64,000 nt of DNA. It comes from the human T2T-CHM13v2.0 reference genome, Homo sapiens. The position numbers and the translations under genes were made by a program. The stretch lies in NCBI RefSeq assembly GCF_009914755.1, contig NC_060930.1; one strand, written 5' to 3'. The notes beneath the pieces were generated by a model that saw only the letters and a program-made list of their open reading frames with translations, was not told the DNA's origin and searched no databases. Below are positions 25,710 to 40,404 of this stretch, piece by piece; the stretch's first letter is position 1; every line of letters starts with the position of its first letter.

Positions 25710-25900
25710 TAACATATCAGCTCTGCTGTGAAGTTTTCCCTTCTTCTCAACACCAATTTAGGTGCTCCTCAGTGTTCTCACAATTGGCTTCGATTCCTTA
25801 GCGAGGCAGAAACCAAGTCTAATTATGTTTTTTATGCACTGGAGTTAGGTGAGCATATTAAGTACACAAAATCTTTGTGGACTGAGTGAATAAAAGAATA
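25710..25900 (+). mobile_element. L2 3' end
   Basis: CTCTGCTGTGAAGTTTTCCC...GAGGCAGAAACCAAGTCT...TGTGGACTGAGTGAATAAA tail. Confidence 0.55.
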
Positions 25901-25989
25901 TACATTCATTCAACTGTTGTTCTAACATACAGCAAGTCCTTGAGGGAATTGCATTTCAGTAAGCTTTGGGGGAGAGGCCACATCCTGAG

Positions 25990-26228
25990 GGGAAAATGTC
26001 CAGACTTTGGAATTGGACAGAACTGATGGAATCCTGATACTATTACTTATTGCCTATTAAAAATTAAAAAAGTCATTTAACACCTTTGAATGTTAGGATT
26101 TTTTTTATTCTAAGGAATGGTGACAAACATGGTATCTTGCAAAATTGTTGGGACAGCTGGACACGTTACCCCTAAAATGCCTGATGATGCCTTTTCACCC
26201 ACAATAGATGTGCTACAAGTAATAGCTC
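25990..26228 (+). mobile_element. MIR
   Basis: AGACTTTGGAATTGGACAGAACTG...GAATCCTG...ACTTATTG...AAGTCATTTAAC. Confidence 0.65.
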
Positions 26229-28554
26229 TTTTTTAATGAATGAGAAAGACTTCCAGAAGCTTATGAGGGAGTTATATGTAGGATTCTTGGCCAAGTCATA
26301 GAAAGAAATAAAAGAAATAAATAATAGATGGCAGTGATTGTGGCACCTACAAGAGGCATAAAGTTGTAATATTGTGTACTCACTAATTTAGCACAACATT
26401 ATAGGCATGTAACAAATTTGTTGGTTCATAGTTTCATTAATTTTTGTCATGTAGTATAGCTCTGTCATATAATGTGCTGTCTGTTTAAATGTTAAGAACA
26501 GACTGTAAAAGTAGAGTTTAATTTAAAATTTGCTCAATCTGTCTGTTTTGTACCTTAAGAGTCATTGAAATATTTTCCCCTATAGAATGTGAATGTTGTC
26601 ATTAGAATTGTATAGATTTTTAAAATAGTTTGTTGAGGGGGATCACACATGGTGCTAGAACATTATTTGTCATTCTAGTCCTTCCACCCACTAGATTATC
26701 AGTGATATCCAATGGCTGATTTTAGAGTAGAGAATAACTGAAGAGAAAACAATTACATATTGCCTAATGGAATGTCACTGAGATAGCCGTATTAAAACTA
26801 TGGGTATTTTTGTTTTACTTTTGCAATTTCATGGGTATTTTTATCACAGGCTCAAAAATACTGCCTGTGCTTAGTTGTGTTCTCTAGTGGCTCACTCTCA
26901 AGTGAAATTCAAACTATTAATTATTAAAATATTCTAATTTTTAAAATTTTTTTCCAGAGAATTTTAAGGCAAATTCTGGCTTTCACAGTAATGATAGGTA
27001 AATCTAAATAAGCATGCTGAGAGAGAAAGGGCATTAGAGTGTACAGGTGGTTGGAGTGGTTGAAGGAGACATTCAGTTCCAGTGATTCATCTGGAAATTT
27101 CCTGTTACAGTGAACCTCCAAGTTAGGCCTGCTGACAGCACGGGAGCAAGTATCTTGAAAAGATCATAGTGAGAATTAGAGAGAGGATATGGTGTGAAAT
27201 CTGGGCAAATTATATCTACCCACAATATTACACATTCTTTTTTTTAAACGGTATGAGTTTACTAGGTTTAAGTGTCATGAAAGATGAAATATGCAAAAAG
27301 TAATAAATTGAGCCCACTTTTAAGATGGTAATAAGATCATTTAATACATGTGTAAAACTGCTAAATGATTTCGCAGAAGGATTGCTTCACCTCTGAGTGA
27401 ATCATAAACTCATAAACAAGCATTCAACAGGAGATCAATGCTGTTTTGTAGTGCACACACTATTGCAGCATCTGCTCCAATACAAAGATAAATCCAGTGC
27501 AAACCATGTGTTTTACTTTTTGGGCCAGCATCCTTATCCTGCTGCTCTTATTACACCTAAACTATAGCCTTCAACAATCTCATTTCTGATTAAGTAGAAA
27601 TCAGTTGCAGGTACACATACTACTAATGTTTGTATCAAGATAAATGAGACATAAGACTAAAACACAAGCTCCAAAATAAGAGACATTTTACATTTTGCAA
27701 AAGTTGACTGTAGTAAATTATTGAAATTTGGTATAGGAATAAATTAGACAAAGATGAATAACTTCATATTAAGACATGAAATAAGCCATTTACCTATGGG
27801 ACCAGTAAATTACAGATTTTTTAGGTTTTAAATCAGATAGACACTTTTGATGACTCACTTTAAAAGCATAACTGACAAAAAAATATGAAAAAATAAATGA
27901 GAGGACTTTCTATTTGAAATCGTAGGCCCAGAGAGATTATTGCTTCTTTTGATTACCACATTAAGTATAAGACATAATTCTTTCTTTTATTTTTGATTTA
28001 TTTGGACGGTTAAGTGGTCATGTTAGCAATGTGACAACTATACCAATAATAGCAAGTTGTAAACTGTCAAAGGGCAACTATTCATCAAGAAGTATATTTT
28101 AATATAAGACCAGGCGTCTAATATGACTTTGAAATTGTTCATGATTAGATCGCTAGCATATTCTAGGTACCCAAATGACATTTCTCTTGGACATGGATGA
28201 ACTGAAAATCATGAAATTCAAAGCCAGGTTATATGCAGCACTTATTAATTTAGCTAATTTGATGTGTTTCTTAATCTTTCAGTGAGTACAGTTTCTTAGC
28301 ATATTACTATAATACAGTCTGCTTCCTAAATAACTTTAGGAAATAATATTAAAGAGATTTTTTATGTCATTATATTTATTCATATCAAGAACATCAAGCA
28401 CTTATCCTCTGCATCTAAAAAAAAGCAAAAAAAAAGCCTATATATCAAATTTTAAACTTTATTATTATTATGACATTGATACATTATAGACAACAAAAAC
28501 AAACAAAAAGAAAGAAATGTCCCAGGTAACTGTTTCACAATTACACACTGCATT

Positions 28555-28680
28555 TTGTTAGTTCATTTGAATATTTCCCAAATGGTTTATTGAAAATAGT
28601 CCATAGGCCAAATATTATGCTAGATGAAGATGGCTATGAAGGTTAATGAGACATGGACAATTCCGTGAGGAAGGGCGCAG
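28555..28680 (-). mobile_element. L2 3' end fragment
   Basis: TTCATTTGAA...TTTATTGAA...GCCAAATATTATGCTAGATG...AATGAGACATGG. Confidence 0.5.
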
Positions 28681-30585
28681 CATCTCTCAGTATATTCAGT
28701 TAGATGCTTCTACACGAATTTTCCAAATTATATAAGCTAATTTTAAAATGTTGGACAGCAATTCTAGAATACTCTGGGTTACTCTGCATTTTCTTAGGTG
28801 CTAAAAAGAAAATCTCTTAATTTGTCATCTTATTGGAAAAGTCTTATATAATGTGTCTTATCTTTACCTGTCTTCCTCATGCATTTCTGAATACTTTTAC
28901 TCTACTGGTACCTGAACACATGTTTATCTCTCCAAGAAGTATCCTAATTGTTTGTTTGTTTTTTTCACTAATTCGTTCATATCCTTTTACCCAGTCATCA
29001 AAATAGATTATTCTTCTCAATTTTAGAGTCTGCATATAAACAAAACTTCTATTTTCATTCATATTTAGGGCTACTAGATTAACTTGTGACTCTTCTAAAG
29101 ATATTCACATTTACAGAGGATACTTTGTGATATCATATCTGAACTCAAGGGCATGGATCTACACATAAGAAAGTAAAGAAGGAAAGTCATTAGGAAGATA
29201 TCTTAGGGCTGAAATTTGTGACAATCGCTTCAGAGCAGTCCATGTTTGTTCCACAAATTTGTTTAAGTAATTATAAATACCTGCTCTGAATAACAAAATG
29301 TCTTTAGTTTCCCATATTTTCCATTCTTAAACAACAGGTTTACTGTTATCCGTAATATACCTTAGTATGTATCTGTGGAAGCATTCTACAAAGAACACAA
29401 ATATGTGAGCAAGAGCAAAATATTCACTCATCTCCTGATTTTGATGGGAGAAATGGTCATAGTTTAGAACCCCTTCTGAAAACACATGTGAATGCACAAG
29501 TGAACTTACAATTATTTCCCAACCACAGTAATCAACAAGACATTCCCAAGTGTGTTTGAGTTCTTCCAGAGCTCCTACTTGTGAGTGTCAAGTGTAGCCA
29601 TCAAGTGTAATTTTCTATTACTTTTTCCTATTTAAGCACGAGCCTAAAGAATTAACCACGTGTTGTGCTAGTTGTTTCTTGGTATTTTTTTCTTTTTCTT
29701 TTTTAGCAATCACTGAATTTTGTCAATTTTATCTCACTGTTGTGAAGAACAAAATATATATAGCAAAATAAAGATTAAGCGCATAAAACAAGCCTGAGAG
29801 TGATTCCCTACTTGCTTAAGGGAACACAGATATTTCTATAAATCAGAAAGTTTGTTAGATTGTAATATACCAAGTCTCAAGAATGTCAAATTTAAGAGAT
29901 TGTTTTTTAGTAGAATCAGTCCTGCCTACCTACAGAATTGTTGTGTTTTGGGCTTCCAATGAATTTGAAAATGCATTTAAATACTACTGAGTATTCTAAT
30001 ATTTTTAATTGTATTTTTGTTACTCCATTTTCCCCCTGAACTTGAATCATCATCCACAGTATCAGAATATTATTCTATCAGTTATCTTTTTCTCTTCAGA
30101 GTCATATTGCTGCCCGTGCTCACAATTTATAGTTTTTCTTATTTTAATATCTTTCTTTTCTTTCACACTCTTTTAAAGATGATTTTAAAGGACCTAGGTT
30201 ACTTAGTTCGTATTTCTTTTGATGGGAAATACAAACAATCTGTAAACATGGGATTAGCACAAAGACTAACAAGTCAAGGTCAGTTTAGCTTCCAGCCTCA
30301 AAACTTGGATCTCTAGATGATATAGTGATAATATTTCCTCTAGGTCCAAAATACGGGATTAACATCTCATATCTCCTCTCTCCATTAAAAAGTTTATGAA
30401 TTTTGGACAAACAATGGATTGGTCAACTATATGTGGTCAAGAAACACAGTTTCAGCTAAGCTAAATACATTAAATTATGTATATAATTATATATTATATA
30501 ATTATGCATATAACCTGTCAGTGCCCAGTAAGTGTTTTCTGAATAAATGGATAAGCAAATATTGTTTCAACATAATAAGGAACTT

Positions 30586-30757
30586 TGCCAGGTGCTAAGG
30601 CTCACACCTGCTTTCCCAGCTACTTGGGGGGCTGAGGTGGGAGGATAACTTGAGCCCAGTAGTTTGATGCTACAGTGAAACATGTTCATACCACTGTACT
30701 CCAGCCTGGGCAACAGAGAAAGATCCTGAGTCAAAAAAGAAATGATGATGATAATAA
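30586..30757 (+). mobile_element. FRAM/FAM-type Alu monomer
   Basis: Single right-arm-type monomer (GCTGAGGTGGGAGGATAACTTGAGCCCAG...CCACTGTACTCCAGCCTGGGCAACAGAG); flanked by AATAA..GGAACTT direct repeats. Confidence 0.85.
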
Positions 30758-30914
30758 TAATCGGGAACTTAATTCCAAATCTATTTAAGGCACTCTATTA
30801 AGGGGCTCTTATCTTAATCTCTTTATAATTTTAAGGATACTTTCTAAATTTTGTTTGTTCCATAGGGAGAATAAAGTATATGTTTCTAAATAATTTTCCA
30901 TACTAGATAGTTAC

Positions 30915-31097
30915 ATCCTTCTCTGTGTTGCCATATGATTTTTACAGTTTTACTATAGCATTTCTTTAATTCTGCTTATTTTCTCAATTGCACTTCCTGG
31001 GCAGGTCTTTTTGTTTAAATGTTATGTTTACCTGCCATGTACTAAGCTTGGCACATAACTGCTCAACAAATGTTTTAGGAAAGAATGAGTAAATGAA
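30915..31097 (+). mobile_element. L2 3' end
   Basis: CTTGGCACATAACTGCTCAACAAATGTTTT...GAATGAGTAAATGAA. Confidence 0.65.
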
Positions 31098-31527
31098 CTT
31101 TAAAAATACTGATTTTTTGTTCAAACTGAATAATTTACCGTATTTCTGTTTTTAAAAGACAGTAGTGAGGACTATCTGTTTTGAACTGCATAAAATAAAC
31201 CCTATTTTGTTTTGATTTCAGTAAAGTCAATAAATATTCATTTGCTGTCAAGGCAAAAATCTAAGCAACATAAAGTACAAATAATTTACATGTTGCTAAA
31301 TTTGATATGCAGACAATTAAATATTAATTTTGCTAAATAATATAAAAATTGTGTTACATGCACTAGAATTCTAGACTTGTATTCTGCAGGATGAGTCTTA
31401 CTGGCTGCTGAATATTATATTTGTCTGGCTACTTGCTTTTGAAGAATGTACTTTAATTATTGTTAAAATACTAGAAAAAGCATTTTAAGGTTTTTGTCTT
31501 GGTGGCTGTTCTTGTGTTAGCTGTGGA

Positions 31528-31790
31528 GAGTACAACATGGACAAAAGTAACTCAAGCTGTAGGCTACAATAGACTTGATTCAAATTCTGGCTCTATTAGC
31601 AGGCTGCTTTGTGATCTTGGCTAATTTATTTAGCATCTCAGCCTCAATTTCTTGATATATAAAATTTGAATAATGATAATAATACTTCAAAGAGTAGTTG
31701 TGTGGGTCCAAGATTTAGTATAGCCCCTGGATTGTCCTAAGTTCTCAGTGTAATTTAGCTAGTAGTGCAGTATTTATTGTTAATGTTGTT
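31528..31790 (+). mobile_element. MIR
   Basis: GATTCAAATTCTGGCTCT...TGTGATCTTGGCTAATTTATTTAGCATCTCAGCCTCAATTTCTT...TATAAAAT. Confidence 0.75.
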
Positions 31791-32237
31791 CACATATTAA
31801 GCTGTATTATCAAACATATAAACCCAACATTTTTCGGTAGAAAGCTAGATTTTCCATATGATGACCACTGATGGCATCATAACTGAACAATAAAATATAT
31901 GTTTCTAACTAGTGTGCTAGAAAAATAATTGTTAGGTGTTCTTTTCATATACTGATATAAATATATGTAAAAGTTAAAAATTTAAGCAATTCCAGTTAAT
32001 AGATAATTATATTTAACAATCCCAGATATATTATATTTACCTTAGGCTATGTTATGCTGTATGTTTATATAAAATATACTATATTATATTTTATCCTACA
32101 TAAACTGTAATCAAAATATATCTTTATTATATTTTTCTGGTTTTCTAAATAATTATATTTGAAAGGAAATTCCTGTATATATTATTCCCTCAATGCATGC
32201 AGAAAAATATTTATTTAATTATTTTGTTTTTCTATGC

Positions 32238-34481
32238 TTTATTTATTTAAAACTTTTATTGTTAATTATTATGGATGCATAATAGTTGTAGATATTTATG
32301 GGGTATATATGATATTTTGATGCAGGTATAGAATGTGCAATGATCAAATCAAAGTACTTGGGGTATCCATCATCTCAAATATTTATCATTTATTTGTATT
32401 ACAAACATTTCACTTCCACTCTTTTAATTATTTTAAAATATGCCATACATTATTGTTAAATATAGTCACCTTATTTTGGTACTGAATACTAGATCATAAC
32501 CATTCTCCCTAACTGTATTCTTACATCCAAGAACCATCCCCACTTTATACCCGCCTCGCCGCTACTCTTCAGAGCCTCTGGTAACCATCACTCTACTCTC
32601 TATCTCCATGTATTCAATTTTATTTTTAGCTCCCACATGTGAGTGAGAAAATGTGATACGTACCTTTCTCTGCCTGTCTTATTTCACTTAACATAATGTC
32701 CCCCAGTTCCATCCATGTTGTTGCAAATGACAGGAGTTCATTCCTTTTTGTGGCTGAATAATATTTCATTGTATATACTTACCACATTTTTTATGCATTC
32801 ATGGACACTTAAATTGATTCCTATTGTGAATAGTGCTGCAATACATATGGGAGTGCAGATATCTCTTTAATATATTAAGTTCCTTTCTTTGGGGTATATA
32901 CTCAGCATTGGGATTTCTGGATCGTATGTTAGTTCTATTTTCAGTTTTTTGGGGAACCTCCACAGTGTTCTCCATAGTGACTATACTAATAATAGTTTAC
33001 ATTCCACCAATAGTATACAAGGGTTACCCTTTCTCCACATCCTCACCACCATCTGTTATTGTTTGGCTTTTGGACAAAACCTGTTTTAACAATGGTAAGA
33101 TGATCTCACATTGTAGTTGTGATTTTTGATTCTCTGGTTATTAATGAGGTTGAGCATTTTTTTCATATACCTGTTGGACATTTGTATGTCTTATATTGAG
33201 AAATGTCTATTCAGATCTTGTATCTATTTTAATCAGATTATTTTTACCTATTGAATAGTTTGAGCTCCTTATATATTGTGGTTGTTATTACCTTGTCAGA
33301 TGGGTAGTTGCAAATATTTTCTCCCCTTCTGTGGGTTGTCTTATCACTTTTTTGATTGCTTCATTTGCTGTACAGAAGCTTTTTAGCTTAATGTGATCCC
33401 ATTTGTTCATTTTTCCTTTGGTTGCCTGTGCTTTTGAAGTCTTACACAAATCTTCATCAATACTTACATTCTAAAGTGTTTCCCTGATGTTTTTTTTTCA
33501 GTGGTTTCATAGTTTGAGTTCTTACATTTAAGTCTTTCATCCATTTTGATTCGATTTTTATATATGGCAGGAGATAGAGATCTAGTTTCATTCTTCTGCA
33601 TAAGGATATCCAGTTTTCCTAGCACCATTTGGACTGAAGAGATTATCCTTTCCCCAATGTATGTTCTCGGCACTTTTCCAAAAATGAGTTGACTGTAATT
33701 TATGGGTTGTCTATTCTGTTCCATTGGTTTATGTGTCTGTTTTTATGCCAGCACCATGCTGTTTTGATTACTATAGCTATGTAGTATAGTTAAAAGTCAG
33801 GTAATGTGATCCTGTCTAGTTTTGTTCTTTTTGCTCAGGATGGCTTTGGCTAGTCTAGGTCTTTTGTGGTTCCATATAATTTTTTTTCTATTTCTGTGAA
33901 GAATGTCATCAGCATTTGGATGGGGACTCCACTGAATTGTAGATTGCTTTGGGTAGTATGGACATTTAAAAAATATTGGCTCTTTTAACCCATGAACGTG
34001 GAACATCTTTCATTCTTTTGTGTCCTCTTCAATTTCCTTCATCAATATTTTACAGTTTTCATTATAGGCATCTTTTACTACTTTGGTTAAGTTTATTTCT
34101 AGGTAACTTATTTGTAGCTATTGTAAATGAGATTAGTTTCTTGATTTTTTTTGTTTGTTTGTTTTTTGTTTTTTTTCAGATTGACCACTGCTGGCATATA
34201 GAAATGCTACTGATTTTTGAATGTTGATATTGTGTTCTACAACTTTACTGAACTTATCAGTTCAATTAGTTTTTTGGTGGTGTCTTTAGGTTTGTCTAAA
34301 TATAAGATTATATTATCTGCAAACAAGGTTAATTTGACTTCCTCCTTTCCAATTTAGATACTCTTTATTTACTTATCTTCTCTAATTGCCCTGGCAAGGA
34401 TATCCAGTACTATGTCAAATAAGTGTTGAAAGTGGGCATTCTTGTTTTATTCCAGATTTTAGAAGAAAGGCTTTCAATTTT
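32238..34481 (-). mobile_element. L1MA (L1MA2/3-like), 5'-truncated, ~2.2 kb (3'UTR plus ORF2 3' part)
   Basis: L1MA 3'UTR (TATTTATGGGGTATATATGATATTTTGATGC...AATGATCAAATCA) followed by continuous antisense ORF2 to GAAAGGCTTTCAATTTT; ORF2 disrupted. Confidence 0.92.
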
Positions 34482-36469
34482 TCATGGGGAAAATCATGTA
34501 GAATATGATCAGAAGGTGACATTGGTAAAAATGACTGGAACAATGTATATATTGTGAGCTGATAAATACTTATTAAATTTTCCTTGTCTCTCCTCCAAAG
34601 AAACAGAGCCACTTTAGTAAGAATCCCAAAATCTGCCAATAAAATTACTTGGATTTTTTCCTTCCTCATGAGCAATATAATTTTAAAAAGATTATATTTA
34701 AAAAAGACTAATATCCTCCCTCATGAGCAATATATTTAAAAAAGATTTTAAACATAGTGGGTATTCAGAAGGTGTTACATAACTGAAATAGACTTTATCA
34801 TTCAGGTCATTAAACTATCTCCTACCACATTGCTGTTTTTCTGACCCTAAACAGCTCTGTTTTGGGAATAGTGCAAATGGTTGACACTTTAGGACACTTG
34901 TTATTTGTTAGATACTTTCACAAAATTGAGTTTGACAGTAGAGAGAAGAAGAGATTATTTAAAAGTAATTAAATGTAAATGTTTGGTGGTATGATCTGTT
35001 AGATCTTGGAAATGTCTAAGAGTTCTTTGCCACCTACCTATATTACTAAGGGCTTCTTTGAGGATTTTGTGATGTGTAATAGCTGTTGTCCATAGGATTA
35101 TTCACCAGCAAATAGTTTAAGATTTGAATGTAGATATATAATCTGATACTTAATCAGTGAAAATAGGCAATGGCTATTAATATTTAAAGCTATAATTGAT
35201 TTTTAGATTTTTTTGTCTGTACAGTGACAAACTATTTGAACAGAAAAAGTTAAAAGTCGAAAATTGTGAGCTTTGTTTAAATAGTGCCAATTATACAAAC
35301 TTTTCACCATTTCCAAATAATGATTGGATATATTCACTTTTCTTTGTGTGATTGGCATTGTTTGAGTTCCAGTGGTAGTCATGCTTAAAACTGCTTGACA
35401 TAATGGGCTTTCTTCTATTGGAATATTTTGTATTAGTTTAACCTTGCTTTGTGGGATTTACAGTTTATTGAATAAGAACAGAATATGATTATTTCTTTTT
35501 AATAAAATATGAAAAATAAACATGGGAATACATTGCTTTTAAGAAGTAAATGTAAAATCAAATGACTTTAAACCTAGTACAGTTCTCTAGTGACATTTGT
35601 AATAACTTGCCTAAGGCATTAATTCTAATCACTTTGTCATTATTTGCAGTTTTATTTTAAGCAAGTTTTATATTAATTCCCCTTACTGTTTTAGTTTTAA
35701 AAGTAATATATGATTCTCTTTTAAATTATTTTTATGCTGCGACTTCAATCTTCCAATAAAACAAAAAAAGGGTTGCCTTAAGATGTAGTGAAACTGAAGC
35801 CTTAATTAGCGATAGGCATTATAGACAATGCTTAGAATAATTTGGGCAATCTTGAAACAGATCTTAATAATATTAGTTAATAGAGTGTTAGAGAGTTTAC
35901 AGTATTCTCACCTAGGAATTGGTCCACTGGCAGCTACTAGGAGGACAGCAGCCCAGTGAGGCCCTGTATGGACCTGTTCAGTATCAATGAAACAAGGACA
36001 GGATCAGTAAGGAGATACTCATACACTTTCATAGTCATTGCTATATATTTCCACAATTCTAAATCAGAAAACTTTGTCATATTTTTAAACTTCAAATTTC
36101 CACATTTTTGAAAGGATTTAGTATGAATTTTCTAATTTTAGCATTCGTTGTTCTTCTAAATCTCATTTTTATGCAAAGAGAGGCATTGGTCCATATAGTA
36201 AAATTGTCCTTGCATTACTGTTATATTTAATATTTTGATTGATTCTTTTGTTGAGTATTCATGTGATTTAGTTATTAGACTCAAAATGATGCAACTTTAA
36301 AAACCCAGGAATAACATTCATGTATGATCAAGGAATGAAGAGCACAAAAATCAGTTTATTAATAGCTCTCCTGTGGAAACACTCATGATGTAAATTGGAC
36401 TATTGAATGTTTATTTCGTTAGATATACTTGCATATTTCTTTGCTTTTACTTAGCTTCAAGCAATGTCT

Positions 36470-36775
36470 TCTACCTGTAGGTCTTCTCTCTCTGTATCTA
36501 AGTCCTTCGTATCTTTTCAAATCCAGATTTTACGTGGGAATATCCTATAGGAGATGTTTAGTGATCCCCCCAGCTGATAAAAGTTACCTTCTCTGAGTTT
36601 CTTATGACACAGAATTTGTATATTTTATGCCATGTATCAGTTTTCTACCTTGTATCATAGTAATTTACATATCTTCATCCTTTCTCTACTTTGAATTTAT
36701 TGAGGACAGATTCTGTGTTTTACAAATCTGCATTGGGTACTCAATAAATATTTGTCAAATAACTAAATAAATGAG
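36470..36775 (+). mobile_element. L2 3' end
   Basis: TTGAGGACAGATTCTGTGT...GGTACTCAATAAATATTTGTCAAATAACTAAATAAATGA. Confidence 0.7.
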
Positions 36776-37031
36776 CTGTGTTAAAATTAAATTGGTTCCC
36801 GGAGTCTTAGTAAAATATAGCTGCAAACAAATATTTTTATTTCTGTTTGTGCTTTCAAAACTGCACTAAAATTATACTAAATAAATAAGAACCCTAATAT
36901 TAGCACTATACCCACAAGAAAAAAAGAATAAATAAAAAAATACAGCCAGAGGAGTGAGATAAACATAGACCAAGGGAAGAGTTTAGATAAGTTATAACAG
37001 ATTGTCAGAGGGAGAAATCTTCAAATTAAGT

Positions 37032-37890
37032 TCCTGAATTGCTGGTAAATATTTGACAACTCACTCTCTAAAAAATGTATGCATGTATTTAAGTTTGTTA
37101 TCAACATAGTTTATAAATAATAAAAATATAAAATGTGTAATGATAAATAATAAAATGTACAATATCTTTATTGTAAAATCCATATAGTGATTTAATTCTC
37201 ACAGAATGTTTTTCTTGCTTTTTACAAAATACTGGTATCTATAGTCAATCTGTGGTTGCATAGGATGAACAAGTGTATTCCCAACATGTATGTTTAAACA
37301 AACAAATAGATGAAAGTGGTACAAGGAATATCCACATGAAACTCGGCATTTTCAACAATAATGTGAGAAAATTTTTAGCTAATTTGGATAATAGCTTTCA
37401 AATAGCCAAAGAATATTTCTTAAATTTGTTGTACTATTCACAATATAATGATTACAGATGTGCCAACAATTTACTTTCATCTTCATTGTTAACATTTCCT
37501 CCATTGTATACTTCAATGTAGACAATAGACAAAACAATAAATCAAGTTCTCATTTGTAGTATTTGCCAATTCACATATTGTAAATATTCTCATCATAACT
37601 AGTTTCGACATACCAATAGTATGTTACTGAATGTGGACTTCGAAAGAGATTAAGAAATAGCACACCATCATTAACATTCTCTACCACATAGATGTAAAGA
37701 TGTAAAGAATCTTGTGAGTATTAATAGTAGTAAAATTCTTAAGAATTTATGAGTTTAAAATATAATGTTTTGTCTTGAATCCATATACTTGCATTTTAAT
37801 AAAATTTATTTGGAAGGAATTATGTATACTTTGATTTGTAATAATAGCTGTGTTTAACAATGAACTTGCAAAATTCCTGAAAACTTACAA
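37032..37890. mobile_element. MER63 (hAT-Blackjack) DNA transposon fossil
   Basis: TGCTGGTAAATATTTGACAAC at left and AATAATAGCTGTGTTTAACAA...GCAAAATTCCTGAAAA at right match recalled MER63 subterminal sequence. Confidence 0.75.
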
Positions 37891-37896
37891 GGGTCA

Positions 37897-38158
<262 letters not shown>

Positions 38159-39250
38159 CAAACCTTGTACACGTATATTTCTACAGCAAATGGGCTTCAG
38201 GGTGGGGAATACATTTTAAAAATCATTTGAAAGTCTTTTCAAAGAATGATCTTATCTTTTCCCCATCTGAGCAATCAGACATTTATCCAGACTATTCCTG
38301 CAGGAAGAAGCCATTGCCTGTATACAAAGACTCCAATAAGCTTTCTGGAGCTTCTCTCAGAAGTATTATAGGGAGTCAATCAAAAGAGATGATTTTTGAG
38401 AAAAGCTGCCGATATATGAGACAGAAACAAAAATACCAAGCAAACAAAGAAGAAACAAACTCACAGAAAAGAGAAATAAATCAGAACTGAGGAAAAAGAT
38501 CTATGGAAATATTTTCATGACAAAAGATAATGATATTAAAAAAACAATAATCATGGAACATAAGCAATCAACACTTTAATTGTGAAGAAAAGAGCACTTT
38601 AGAACTCAAATATTTGGCCATTTATATTTTAAAAACCAATAGAACACTTGAAAAATAAACCAAAATAAATCTCTCAGGAAATGTAGCCAAACTAGGTGAA
38701 AATAGGAGATAAAAGATTTTAAAATTAGAAGGTCATTTAGGCGATCCAACATCTCACTTACAAGATTTTTATAATAATCAAATATAATAAAGAGATTTTC
38801 ACACAAATAATACAAAAAAGAATTACAGATTTGAAAAAGACTCTCCAATATGATGGGCCCAATCCTTATGTGCTGTATATTATAAGTTCTAAAATAACAT
38901 GATACATTATGTGGAAACTTTAGAGCCACTGAATATTAAAAATGCCCATAGGGAAAAGCAGGAATAAAATTAAAAACAAAACTAAATGTGACTGGAATAG
39001 CATTTGTTTTTCAACTAACTGCTAGAAGTCAAACTTTTTTTCACTTTTAAACTTCTAAAGAAAAATTATTCTCAATCTAGAATTTTATACCTAACTGTCA
39101 TAAGAGTAAGAGTGTGATAAAGGTGCCCTCACATATGTAAGATCTGAACATGTTTTCCTGCAGTGTTCTTTCTTAGGAATCCATCAGAGGATCTTCTCAA
39201 CAAAATCAGCTAAGAATACATGAGATCCAGAAACTAGAGGAACACCTCTA

Positions 39251-39592
<342 letters not shown>

Positions 39593-39748
39593 TCAGTCTA
39601 AATAGGAGCATGAGTAGGGGAGAATGGGAGTATTTAGAAATATGTGCGAGGATTTCAAAAAATTAAGGTTTGAAAACCAAAGGAAAAATGCAGTTAACTC
39701 CAGGTAGAGAAAAGTTGCCTAAGAGGAATTATAACTGCAGTCAAATTA

Positions 39749-40404
39749 CAGTCAATTTTTATTGTTTGCTAATTGTGTATTTGTAAATTTGCCTAAAATT
39801 TACACCAAAACTTATTTGTTATCCCCCAGTCAATATTCATGGCACTTTTGCAGGCATTCACAGACATGTGAAAAGCAGCCAAAAATTTGAGATACTCAAC
39901 ACGCATATGCCCAACTGAGGTCAAGCCAAGCAACACTCTGCCTTCTTCTTTCTGCTCTCAAACTATATACAAGTGTCTTTTTGCTGTCTGTTTAGTGTCA
40001 CATTATTTTACATTTTCGTTATAATTTCACTGTTTTAAACGGCCTGCAAATGTAGTGTGTAGTTTCTCAGTGCAAGAAGGCTATGATGAGCCTCATGGAG
40101 AAAATGTGGGCACTAAATAAGTTTCATTCAGGTATCTGTTATTGCACCGGTTGGCCATGACTTGAATGTTAATAATTCAATAATCTATATTAAATAAGGA
40201 GTTTTGTATTTATTGGCAAATACATAAATATATTGACAAATAGGTTGTGATCAGAGGCTCACAGAAACCTAACCCTATATTTTCACCTCAAAACAATGGT
40301 TCATTATTGGATAATTCAATCATAAAGCAATGGTTCATGTGGATAATTCAATGTTTGCAGCCAATATGTAGAACATAACTATTATAAATAACAAGAATTG
40401 ACTG
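39749..40404. mobile_element. MER82 (TcMar-Tigger non-autonomous element), full length
   Basis: TIRs CAGTCAATT... and ...AATTGACTG; TA target duplications at 39747-48 and 40405-06; 656 bp; body matches recalled MER82. Confidence 0.88.
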
